From Eledone cirrhosa (Eukaryota), in assembly GCA_964016885.1 (NCBI GenBank), contig OZ024742.1, positions 369,024,001 to 369,088,000 on the forward strand: 64,000 bases of DNA, in the 5' to 3' direction. The position numbers and the translations under genes are program-made. This document shows, piece by piece, positions 27,051 to 38,499 of the stretch; the first letter of the stretch is position 1, and each line of letters starts with the position of its first letter. Under the pieces are notes generated by a model. That model was not told where the DNA came from and did not search any database. It saw nothing but the letters and a program-made list of their open reading frames with translations.

Positions 27051-27724
27051 ACTAGTTTCAACTATTTCACAAGGGCCATGCTCATGTTTTGACAGAATTT
27101 CTGTATGTTTATAGTATTTTAACACTCCCACCATACCGCAGTATTCTTATAATTCTGTCAGATTTTATTGTTTGTTTTATTTTTGGATAAATGTCCCACA
27201 TTTTACTGTCCTGCCTCACCTCTATGTTGTCATTGAGACCCAGACCAACCTTAAACCAAAAGACCTTCATTATCTTTTTTTATATATATATTTTATGCAA
27301 CTTCTCCATGCTGGTATGTGTTAAACAGGATGTTTTGAGACTATTTTACAGCCAGATGTTCTTCCTGTCCTAACAGCCATCCTTTCACCTCCCACAACAT
27401 GGATGTGGTGTACAACATAGATATGGTGTACCTATTCTAAAAAGTATGTCACAAATTCAGAGTTATTAAAGCCTATGACAGGAAATATGCCTTGTATTTA
27501 TCCTGGCTTTCTGCTCTCTGATTCCAATGTCACATACCAGAGTCATGGATTGGTGGAATTGTCCAAGACTTGAGAAAAGCAAAATTCCAACAATTCTTCT
27601 AGGAACTGTTGGAAAACAAGAATTAAACCTTTTCATTACCATATTTCTAACGAAGGGTGTACTGCCCCTATAATACTTAAATAATTTTGAAAATAAGAAT
27701 TTAAACGGATTTATTAGTATACAG

Positions 27725-28002
27725 CCTAAAGTCTGTCTCGAGCCCTGAGGCCCATCAGACCTGTGATTATCTGTAGCATGAAGTGACTGAAAGTACAAGA
27801 CTCCCCACTGGACAGGACACCAGTCCATCACAGAGTGAACTCCCCAGTTATTGCTGGTACTCATCTTTAGCTGAGTATACTGGAGCAATGTGAAATGAAG
27901 TGTTTTGTTCAAGAACACAACATACAACCCAGTCCAGGAATCAAACCTATGACATTATGATTGTATATCCAGCACCCTTACTACTAAGCTACACACATCC
28001 AC
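27725..28002 (-). mobile_element. tRNA-derived SINE
   Basis: The minus strand has A-box-like TAGCTTAGTAG and B-box-like GGTTTGATTCC, then the conserved body TTGTGTTCTTGAACAAAACACTTCATTTCACATTGCTCCAGT...GATGGACTGGTGTCCTGTCCAG. A paralogue lies at 48260-48512. Confidence 0.8.
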
Positions 28003-28499
28003 AAATAATATTCAGGGTGTCCCTAAAATCTGGACACACAGACAAAATGCATCTTTTCAATAAAAAAAAAATACATTTTTTTTTTTAATATTAATAATTG
28101 AAAGTGAGTATTAAAAAACTCTGAGGAAAGTTGGATAGCAGAAGGTCTTCAGAGAAGAAACACCCTTCAAGCGAGTATTTCAGAAGGTCTTCAGAGAAGA
28201 AAGCCCCCTCAAGCGAGTATTTCAGCCCTTTTTATAAATAACATCTTCAATGTGATTTCCAACATTTGTGATGCCAAGTAAACCCGATACATTAACTACA
28301 CATTTCTGTTCAGATTTTAGGATCATCCTGTACTATAAGTCGTAAATATTAAACTGATGTTTGAAATGTAACAATTTTTTTACCTTATTCCTCTATGCTG
28401 GCATGGGTTGGACTGGACTTTTTGAGGCAATGTTTTACAACCGGATGATTTTCATGACATTAACCCTTAGTTGTTTCTTACAAAATGCAAAGATATCTT

Positions 28500-30165
28500 C
28501 TTCACCCACATATTCCTGAGAGGATTGTGGAGGCAGAGTACTCAAACACTCCTTCCAGCAGGTCCTGTCTCCAACAAATCCGGCTGGATCCCTGAGCAAG
28601 ACCAGCCAAGCTCAGGAATGTTATCCAACCATCTTGCTCAGGATCTATCCCTGGATCTCCTGCCAGTTGTTTTTGCCTGTAAAATCTGTCCAGCAATTCT
28701 TTCCTGAGACAATCTAACCATATGTCCATAGTATAAGAGCTGTGATCTCTCAATTCAGAGAAGTAGGACTGACTCTCCGGTGATTCTTTCCTGACACATT
28801 CTAACCACATGTCCATAGTATCAGAGAAGTAGCAGCTCTACCTGGACTGACTCTCCGGTGATTCTTTCCTGAGACATTCTAACCACATGTCCATAGTATA
28901 AGAGAAGTAGCAACTCTACCTGGACTGACTCTCCGGTGATTCTTTCCTGACACATTCTAACCACATGTCCATAGTATCAGAGAAGTAGCAACTCTACCTG
29001 GACTGACTCTCCGGTGATTCTTTCCTGAGACATTCTAACCACATGTCCATAGTATAAGAGAAGTAGCAACTCTACCTGGACTGACTCTCCGGTGATTCTT
29101 TCCTGACACATTCTAACCACATGTCCATAGTATCAGAGAAGTAGCAGCTCTACCTGGACTGACTCTCCGGTGATTCTTTCCTGAGACATTCTAACCACAT
29201 GTCCATAGTATAAGAGAAGTAGCAACTCTACCTGGACTGACTCTCCGGTGATTCTTTCCTGACACATTCTAACCACATGTCCATAGTATCAGAGAAGTAG
29301 CAACTCTACCTGGACTGACTCTCCGGTGATTCTTTCCTGACACATTCTAACCACATGTCCATAGTATCAGAAAAGTAGCAACTCTACCTGGAGTGACTTT
29401 CTGGTGATTCCTTCTTGACACATTCTAACCACATGTCCATAGTATCAGAGAAGTAGCAACTCTACCTGGACTGACTCTCTGGTGATTCCTTCTTGACACA
29501 TTCTAACCACATGTCCATAGTATCAGAAAAGTAGCAGCTCTACCTGGACTGACTCTCCGGTGATTCTTTCCTGAGACATTCTAACCACATGTCCATAGTA
29601 TCAGAGCTGTGATCTCTCAATTCAGAGAAGTAGCAGCTCTACCTGGACTGACTCTCCAGTGATTCTTTCCTGAGACATTCTAACCACATGTCCATAGTAT
29701 CAGAGAAGTAGCAACTCTACCTGGACTGACTCTCTGGTGATTCTTTCCTGAGACATTCTAACCACATGTCCATAGTATCAGAGCTGTGATCTCTCAATTC
29801 AGAGAAGTAGCAGCTCTACCTGGACTGACTCTCCAGTGATTCTTTCCTGACACATTCTAACCACATGTCCATAGTATCAGAAAAGTAGCAGCTCTACCTG
29901 GACTGACTCTCTGGTGATTCTTTCCTGAGACATTCTAACCACATGTCCATAGTATCAGAGCTGTGATCTCTCAATTTGGAGAAGTAGCAGCTTTACCTGG
30001 AGTGACTCTCTGATCTCCGAGCTGCACACTATTGAGCAATGTTACTCCAAAGACCCTTTGGAGGAACCCCATTTGGCCATTCATATTCATGATCGAATTC
30101 TTTCAGTCATTACCCAAGATTCATGACCAAAGGTAAGGGTTGGCACAAATACCGAATTGAAGAGC
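28500..30165 (-). mobile_element. Degenerate RTE LINE 3' region (second RTE family) containing an internally amplified tandem array
   Basis: Minus-strand translation gives LFNSVFVPTLTFGHESWVMTEK...MGFLQRVFGVTLL at 30165-30030, and IERSQLLYYGHMVRLSQERIAGQILQAKTTGRRSR...WLDNI at 28755-28615. Confidence 0.85.
28770..30010. repeat. 78-bp tandem repeat (~15 copies; ~100-bp variants) derived from RTE coding sequence
   Basis: Unit AGAAGTAGCAACTCTACCTGGACTGACTCTCCGGTGATTCTTTCCTGACACATTCTAACCACATGTCCATAGTATCAG. Period 78 (28801 vs 28879). Confidence 0.95.
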
Positions 30166-31711
30166 TATGATGTACCTATTCTAAACATGGTACACACAGC
30201 TTAGAATAAGCATTTACATAAAATTATAATAGAAGGCTTTTAGATGATGATGATGATGAAAGTGATAAATATTTTTAAATAGTTTTGATTTGTAGAACCA
30301 AGAACAGTTTGATAAGAAAAGGGTTAAATATAAGATGGTAACATAGATTTGACAAAACTAAATAATATTTATATAACTTACCTTGATTTTATAACTTTGT
30401 TCAAATATCAGTTATTTGACTGTTTTGTTGGATGTCAGTTAAACATTCTTTAAATAATCCAATATTTTTGTGGAGCCTCCATTGGCAACCAAGGTTTCCG
30501 TTGCCAATTGCCAATTGCCCATAATTATTTGAATTCACAAAGTTATATTAAAATAATCCACTCGTGACTGTTTGATATTGATTAATCGTGAAATTCAGCA
30601 ACCATTTACAGTATACCATTATCAAACTGAAATAAATACAATTATAGATACAATTATAAAACAACACAAAAATGAAGTAAAATGAATATTTACATAAATT
30701 ATATACAGAAGTAGGTGACAAATTGGCAAAGTTGTTAGAACATTGGATAGAATACTTTGCAGTATTCTCTGATCTCTGAGTTCAAACACTGCTGAGATCA
30801 ACTCTGCCTTTCATTTGAAGTGGATAAAAAAATACCAGTTAAGTACTGGGTCGATTCTTACTCTATAACTCTTTCTCACTTACATTCTCTCTCTATATAT
30901 ACTTCTCTGGAAGAAATCTGCTGTATTCAGACGTGGAGAGGAGATAGACTCTGCCAGGTTTTAAAATACCCTAGAAACACTGTCACTACAGCACTTCTAC
31001 AACTCCTTCAGGAGTTATGGGAACATACATGCATATACAGAAGCATCATATATGGTGTATATATGTGTGCATGCACCTGTCATTGAACAGAGCAGACCTA
31101 TGGCAAAAACCATTCAAGCTACAACCATCATGTCTTTTTAACAAGATTAAGGCTACATTATCTAATGTGTCCTTTGTGTGATTTGGGAGTGATTTTGGCT
31201 GCTATTTCTAGCAGAATGAGTGGTCATGCAGAGAGTCCCTTATTGACTTGCAGGTGTGAATGTGCATATTTCAGCATAAATACACACACACATAAATATA
31301 TATATATCCATTAATTTACACACAAACACACACACAAAATTATATATACACACATATGCATACATAAATATATATACACACACACAAATATATATATCCA
31401 TAAATATACACACACAAACACTATATATATATATATATCCACACACTAACAGAAATACCACCTTCAGGCAATTTTCTGTTCTTGAGTTGTGGTGTGAGGT
31501 GGATGTAAGTGTGTGTGAGGTGTTTGTGTATGTGTGTGTTGTGAGGTGTGTGTATGGTGAGGAGTTTGTGTGCAGTGTGTGGCGTGGTGTTTGTGTATGG
31601 TGCGTGGGGGGGGGAGGTATGTGTGTGTTGTGGGGTGTGTGGTGTATCCTCCAAGCTATAGAATCAGAACATACACCCACAACCAAAAGATGTGAATCAG
31701 TCAAATAGGAA

Positions 31712-32295
31712 TAACCACCTCCCAAGTATCGGTGCCACAATAAAACACCCACCTCCCAAGTGTCGGTGCCACAATTAAACAACCACCTCCCAAGTGTTGG
31801 TGCCACAATTAAACAACCACCTCCCAAGTGTTGGTGTCACAATTAAACAACCACCTCCCAAGTGTTGGTGCCACAATAAAACACCCACCTCCCAAGTGTT
31901 GGTGCCACAATAAAACACCCACCTCCCAAGTGTTGGTGCCACAATTAAACAACCACCTCCCAAGTGTTGGTGCCACAATAAAACAACCACCTCCCAAGTG
32001 TTGGTGCCACAATTAAACAACCACCCCCCAAGTGTTGGTGCCACAATTAAACAACCACCTCCCAAGTGTTGGTGCCACAATTAAACAACCACCTCCCAAG
32101 TATCGGTGCCACAATTAAACAACCACCTCCCAAGTGTTGGTGCCACAATTAAACAACCACCTCCCAAGTGTTGGTGCCACAATAAAACACCCACCTCCCA
32201 AGTGTTGGTGCCACAATAAAACACCCACCTCCCAAGTGTTGGTGCCACAATAAAACAACCACCTCCCAAGTGTCGGTGCCACAATAAAACACCCA
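31712..32295. repeat. 34-bp tandem repeat (~17 copies)
   Basis: Unit AACCACCTCCCAAGTGTTGGTGCCACAATTAAAC. It runs into CACCCAGTACACTCAGTAAAGTG (SINE/RTE-UTR sequence) at its right end. Confidence 0.95.
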
Positions 32296-32967
32296 GTACA
32301 CTCAGTAAAGTGCGGTAATGTAAGTTCAATGTAGGCCTATCTATGATGACCCCCTCCAACCTTCGTCAACAAGGAAAACAGACACGTAATAATCGTTTCT
32401 ACTTTTTGGCACAAGGCCGACAATTACCCAGTGCATTACTGGTACTTTATTTTATCAACTCCATAAGGATGAAAGGCAAAGTGAACCTCAGTGAGATTTG
32501 AACTGAGAACGTAAAGGTGTCATAACCCTATGCTGCAAACATGGTGTCTTACGCTCTTAGTGATAGAGTTCCTTCCATAGGAAATAGTTACACTTGTTTA
32601 ACCATGGGTTATAAGATACGACAAGTATTAAATTACATTACTTTTCAGGGTGGCACCTCTTGGCGGCAGGAGGGCCACTCTGAGTGTCAGCCTTCACCGG
32701 ACCACTTACTACTTTAGAGTTTTAATTTTTAAAGTTAAGAATCCTATTTAAAATATAAAATGATCAACTACACCAACTAGAACCAACCTATAGGCAATCC
32801 ATATATATAAGTATATTTGAAAAAAAGGAAAAGAATGACTTCACTTGTAGTAAATAATTTGAGTTAATTTCTACCAACTCATATTATTATATTATAAAAT
32901 TAAGAGTTGGTAGAAAATTAAATCAAATTATTTACAACTACAAGTGACCAAGGACCTCACACATTTT

Positions 32968-33008
<41 letters not shown>

Positions 33009-33374
33009 TATTTACGAACAAAATTTTTATTTTGAGCAACTTTTTACCACAATCTACAAATTGTTGGGAGTTTTGAACTTCCTTTATAATCTCTTTGATA
33101 CCAACTTGACTAAAACTGGTTCTGTTTCTATGAAACAAAACAAAACAAAACAAAACACCACATTTTAAAGGAGTTCTATTTAAGTTTCGATGTTCCTATA
33201 TAATTTTATATAAAGGCACATAAGTTACTATCGTAGAGTCAGATCAGTCAGTGTGGCCTCAGTGACAGCCTCTGGGGACCCATCTGTCACTGAGGTCACA
33301 CTGAGCAATAGAACACCTCTCTATCAATTCTTTAATTATATTTTCTCATAATCAAGTAACTGATTACTTCATCT

Positions 33375-33590
33375 TTTATGCGATTAACACCTGAAGACAC
33401 CAGTAAAACAATTCAACATAAATGGTGTGTGTGGGTGTATATATTTTCTGTATCCTTTGTGATCCTGTCTTTATTTTGTACTCCTGAAGGAGGACTAAAG
33501 CCTGACATGTCAAACTTTTTACCTTTTTCCATATAAAGCGTGAAACTAATAACATTTTTTTGTACATCTGTTTTGTCGTTTCCTAGAACT
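33375..33590 (+). mobile_element. Decayed Penelope-like pLTR with a degenerate hammerhead
   Basis: CTGAAGG-AGG(ACTAAAG)CCT-GACA-TG-TC at 33484-33511, followed by AGCGTGAAACTAATAACATT, which matches the sequence downstream of the 56.7-kb hammerhead (GAGCGTGAATCTAATAAACATT). Confidence 0.55.
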
Positions 33591-33896
33591 ATATATATAT
33601 CATCGCCATCACTTTTACATCCGCTTTTCCATGCTTATATCTATCATCATCATTATCAATATATATAAATCATTTTACTTCTGCCAGCTAGCAATGTCAT
33701 TTCCACTGATCACAGGAAGCAGCTATTCTGCTATTTAACATTTAAATTGGTTGGCAACGACTACTAAACAGTAACATAGCAATTTATGTTATTGTTGTTG
33801 TTGCTGCTGTTAATCAACGTTATTCCCAACAGATTAGATGTGACCTCACAGTTCTTTCTAAATGTAAACCATGTAAAAGATGGATATGTCTTCCTA

Positions 33897-34405
33897 TTAA
33901 CCTATTTGATACCAGTCTGCCAGAAACCAGCCCTAGCTCTATGTAACAAATCCACACATTTTACAGGGTTCCGATTTACATTAAAATCTTCCAACATATT
34001 AACTAAGAACCATTTGGAATGATAGGGATACTGTTGTTACATAAGGTATATTTTGGGTGTTATATACCTGGTAGAGCCCTTCCCTCTCCATGTCAGAACA
34101 CAACCAATTTTAAAGAGAGAGGGAGGATGGAGAGAGAATTAAGACATCAGTGTCACTGTTGAGCTGATATCTTACTTGAAAAATTGAAAAACAAAGCTAA
34201 CTTCAGCAGCATTTGAACTCAGAACATAGAAATCCGGAACAAATACCACAAAACATTCTCATGTTCTAACTACTCTGCCAATTTACTGACATATATGCTA
34301 CAAATACCAGCTTAGTAATGAAATAACTAAGATTCCTTCCAAATTCTTCATTAATTAATGGAAATAGAATGAATTTCATTAGAAATATGGTCAGAAAATA
34401 GTTAA
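33897..34405. mobile_element. TTAA-bounded piggyBac-like MITE interrupted by other sequence including a SINE (~34150-34290)
   Basis: The left end TTAACCTATTTGATACCAG..GAAACCAGCCCTAGCTCTATG and right end TTCATTAGAAATATGGTCAGAAAATAGTTAA match the uninterrupted copy at 47053-47268. Confidence 0.55.
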
Positions 34406-35064
34406 AACAGCAGAGAACTTAATGAGAGACAGAGTGGAAGTCAAACTTTTCAACTGACACTAAAATTAATAAGTAAAGGAGTTCAATTGACAACTATATT
34501 TAATTAATGAGTTTGCACCATTGTCTGATTGTGTTCATATCAATTAGACAGGTGAGTTTTCAGAATCGGTAGAGCACTGGACAAAATGGCTTGTGTTTAG
34601 TTATGGCTTTTTACATTTTGAGTTCAAATCCTGGGCTCACTTTGTAATATATTCTTTGGTGGTTGCATATCATATGAGGTTTCTGTGGTATTTTAATGGT
34701 GGGGGAGTCGGTCCTATCTTGAAAAGCAATGTGAAATGAAACATCTTGTTCAAAAACCCAACAGGCTGCCTGGTGCAGGAATCAAACCCATGACCTTATG
34801 ATTGAGAGTGAAACACTTTAACTACTAAGCCACATATATAACTGATTTAAACAGTGTGTAGTTACCATATATTTAGTAGTTCTAGTGAGGTACTCTTCCG
34901 CTGGGGATAGACTGATACATGACCTCTTTCCTGACCCCACTCCCTTCCATCACAGTGGAAAAGACAAAACTTTGATTCAGTACTGAGATGAACCCTGATT
35001 AAAACCTGACAAGAAAGACCTGCTACACAAACCTAGGAAGATCTAGCAGGATGATCCTCAATAA

Positions 35065-36216
35065 TATACCAAGTTGACCACTACAGAAGACATACCAGTT
35101 GACCACTACAAAAGACATACCAGTTGACCACTACAGAAGACATACCAGTTGACCACTACAGAAGACATACCAGTTGACCACTACAGAAGACATACCAGTT
35201 GACCACTACAGAAAACACCAGTTGACCACTACAGAAAACACCAGTTGACCACTACAGAAAACATACCAGTTGACCACTACAAAAGACATACCAGTTGACC
35301 ACTACAGAAGACATACCAGTTGACCACTACAAAAGACATACCAGTTGACCACTACAGGAGACATAATATACCAGTTGACCACTACAGGAGACATAATATA
35401 CCAGTTGACCACTACAGGAGACATAATATACCAGTTGACCACTACAGGATACATAATATACCAGTTGACCACTACAGGAGACATAATATACCAGTTGACC
35501 ACTACAGGAGACAATATACCACGTTGACCACTACAGAAGACATAATATACCAGTTGACCACTACAGGAGACATAATATACCAGTTGACCACTACAGGATA
35601 CATAATATACCAGTTGACCACTACAGGAGACATAATATACCAGTTGACCACTACAGGAGACATAATATACCAGTTGACCACTACAGGATACATAATATAC
35701 CAGTTGACCACTACAGGATACATAATATACCAGTTGACCACTACAGGAGACATAATATACCAGTTGACCACTACAGGAGACAATATACCACGTTGACCAC
35801 TACAGAAGACATAATATACCAGTTGACCACTACAGGAGACATAATATACCAGTTGACCACTACAGGAGACAATATACCAGTTGACCACTACAGGAGACAT
35901 AATATACCAGTTGACCACTACAGGAGACATAATATACCAGTTGACCACTACAGAAGACATAATATACCAGTTGACCACTACAGGATACATAATATACCAG
36001 TTGACCACTACAGGAGACATAATATACCAGTTGACCACTACAGGAGACATAATATACCAGTTGACCACTACAGGAGACAATATACCACGTTGACCACTAC
36101 AGGAGACATAATATACCAGTTGACCACTACAGGAGACATAATATACCAGTTGACCACTACAGGAGACATAATATACCAGTTGACCACTACAGGAGACAAT
36201 ATACCACGTTGACCAT
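35065..36216. repeat. 25-bp then 30-bp tandem repeat (CCAGTTGACCACTACAGGAGACATAATATA)
   Basis: Read directly. The unit switches from 25 bp to 30 bp at ~35360. Confidence 0.96.
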
Positions 36217-36251
36217 TATAAACCTCAAACTTAAAACAGGAACTAAAATAT

Positions 36252-36862
36252 TTAACCCTTTCATTACCATATTTTTTAATGAAAGACTGTCTATGTCATT
36301 AACCCTTCCATTACCATCATCGTTTAACGTCTATCTTCCACGCTAGCATGGGTTTATTTCTAATAAAAGACATTGTCTATGTCCTTAACCCTTTCAATAC
36401 CATATTTCTAATGTAAGACATTGTCTATGTCATTAACCCTTTCAATACCATATTTCTAATGTAAGACATTGTCTATGTCATTAACCCTTTCAATACCATA
36501 TTTCTAATGTAAGACATTGTCTATGTCATTAACCCTTTCAATACCACATTTCTAATGAAAGACACTGCTATGTCATTAACCCTGTCATTACCAAATTTCT
36601 AATAAAATACATTGTCTATGTCATTAACCCTTTCAATACCACATTTCTAATGAAAGACACTGCTATGTCATTAACCCTGTCATTACCAAATTTCTAATGC
36701 AAGACACTACCTATGATTTTCTATTTGGAAAATATTTTAACAAAGGTTCTTACATAAATTAATTATACCGGGAAGGTTTTAAATAAATATAAACACTTTA
36801 AAACAAAATTTTGTACTGTAGAACCAGGGGCTATTTTAGCCAGTTTAGTAACAAAAGGGTTA
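36252..36862. mobile_element. piggyBac-like MITE whose left terminus is tandemly amplified (48-bp unit, ~9 copies)
   Basis: Unit TTAACCCTTTCAATACCATATTTCTAATGTAAGACATTGTCTATGTCA. A single matching right end, GTAACAAAAGGGTTA, lies at ~36848-36862. Confidence 0.65.
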
Positions 36863-37024
36863 CCAAAGCTTTAGTGCTTACTATTTTTTTTATTCTTTTC
36901 CTGATTTTTTATTTCAACCATTGGACGCTGGTCATGCTTGGGCACTGTTTTGTAAGGTATAGTCAGCTACATCAAGCTTAGTAGGATCTAATGCAAAGTA
37001 TAGCTTAGTCTGATTTCAACTATG

Positions 37025-37372
37025 AATATTAATATACATAACCAAATACTATGCGATATTAATATACATAACCAAATACTATGTGATATTAATATACATA
37101 ACCAAATACTATGTGATATTAATATACATAACCAAATACTATGTGATATTAATATACATAACCAAATACTATGTGATATTAATATACATAACCAAATACT
37201 ATGTGATATTAATATACATAACCAAATACTATGTGATATTAATATACATAACCAAATACTATGTGATATTAATATACTTAACCAAATACTATAACCAAAT
37301 ACTATGTGATATTAATATACATAACCAAATACTATGTGATATTAATATACTTAACCAAATACTATGTGATAT
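37025..37372. repeat. 30-bp AT-rich tandem repeat (~11 copies)
   Basis: Unit ATATTAATATACATAACCAAATACTATGTG. Confidence 0.96.
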
Positions 37373-38499
37373 TTTCTCAAACACTTCCAATTTTACCATC
37401 ACATGTCCTGTAATACTAATTTTCCCAGCCCCTTCCTTCAACACCCTCATGTCTGTAGCAACTCATTTTATTTTTTTAAATAGTTAATTTACATAATTTT
37501 ATTAAATAATTTATTTATTGGTTTCAGAATGGTATAACCAGAATTACCATTTATTTTTTAAAACTGGAGAGAAAAAGCAGCAAGCTTTTCTTGCTAAATC
37601 TAAACACAGATTTTCTGGTGTAGCGTAAAAAATAATTCTTTGAAAATAGAAGAATTTTAAGAGGAAAAAACTTGAAAAGATATTTCCCCTTAATTTAAAA
37701 GTATACAAGCACTGAAAGAATAACATTTCTAGCTTCCAGGCATATTTATTAAACTGTCAACAAGTCTTACTGAAATAAATTCTTTCTAACATGTGCAAAT
37801 AATCAAATATATAAAACCTCAAAATACACTTTAAACTCATTCTGACAAGTAGCTTAAATTTCTGTTATGATAAAGAATGGTGGTGCTTATGCGGACACGG
37901 GGGGGGGGGCTTCCCCTTCCTTGCCATCCAAAGCTAATAACTCTTAGTCATTACAAACTCCTGTAAGTAATTTTTAAAAAAATAGCAACAAGAAGATTTT
38001 TAAAAAAAACTAAAAATTAATAACTAATTTTGCTTTAATTCAATAACTTAATTGAATTCACTACACTAGCAAGGATATTAAATCAAAAATGGTTTTAAAT
38101 GTTTTCATATGTAAAAATTTAAGAACCACTATGAAGAATACCTCAGTCAATACTCTCATCATCATGTAAATAAATATATCTAAGAAGGTGGCAGGGTGCC
38201 AAATTAGATGTCTCTCCATCTTATACAAGATATTGACAGATTGGGAAGCTTACAAACAACAATAATAATAATTGTTTCTAGTTTTGGCACAAGGCAGGCA
38301 ATTTGCAACCCCGTAAGGTTGTGGGATTTGAACTCAAAACATAAAGGGTCATAAATGATGTAAATCATGATGTCCGACGCTCTACTAATTGCTGCTAATC
38401 CACTGATAATAATAACAATTATGATAATACAGTGCCTCAGACTAGAAAGCAATGATAGGAGCAGAAAAGCTTACATAGAAACTCTTCCAAAATACTAAA

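Noticed and set aside
27940-28002. Possible tRNA gene (A and B boxes)
   Set aside because: It is the degenerate head of a SINE continuing into the SINE body, and I could not see a cloverleaf.
28139-28226. ~43-bp direct duplication and a nearby CAGGGTGTCCC Tc1/mariner-like terminus at ~28013
   Set aside because: It has only two copies and I found no partner TIR, so it is too weak to call an element.
35302-37487. Short repetitive ORFs (YQLTTTGDII, NIHNQILCD)
   Set aside because: They are translations of 30-bp minisatellites.
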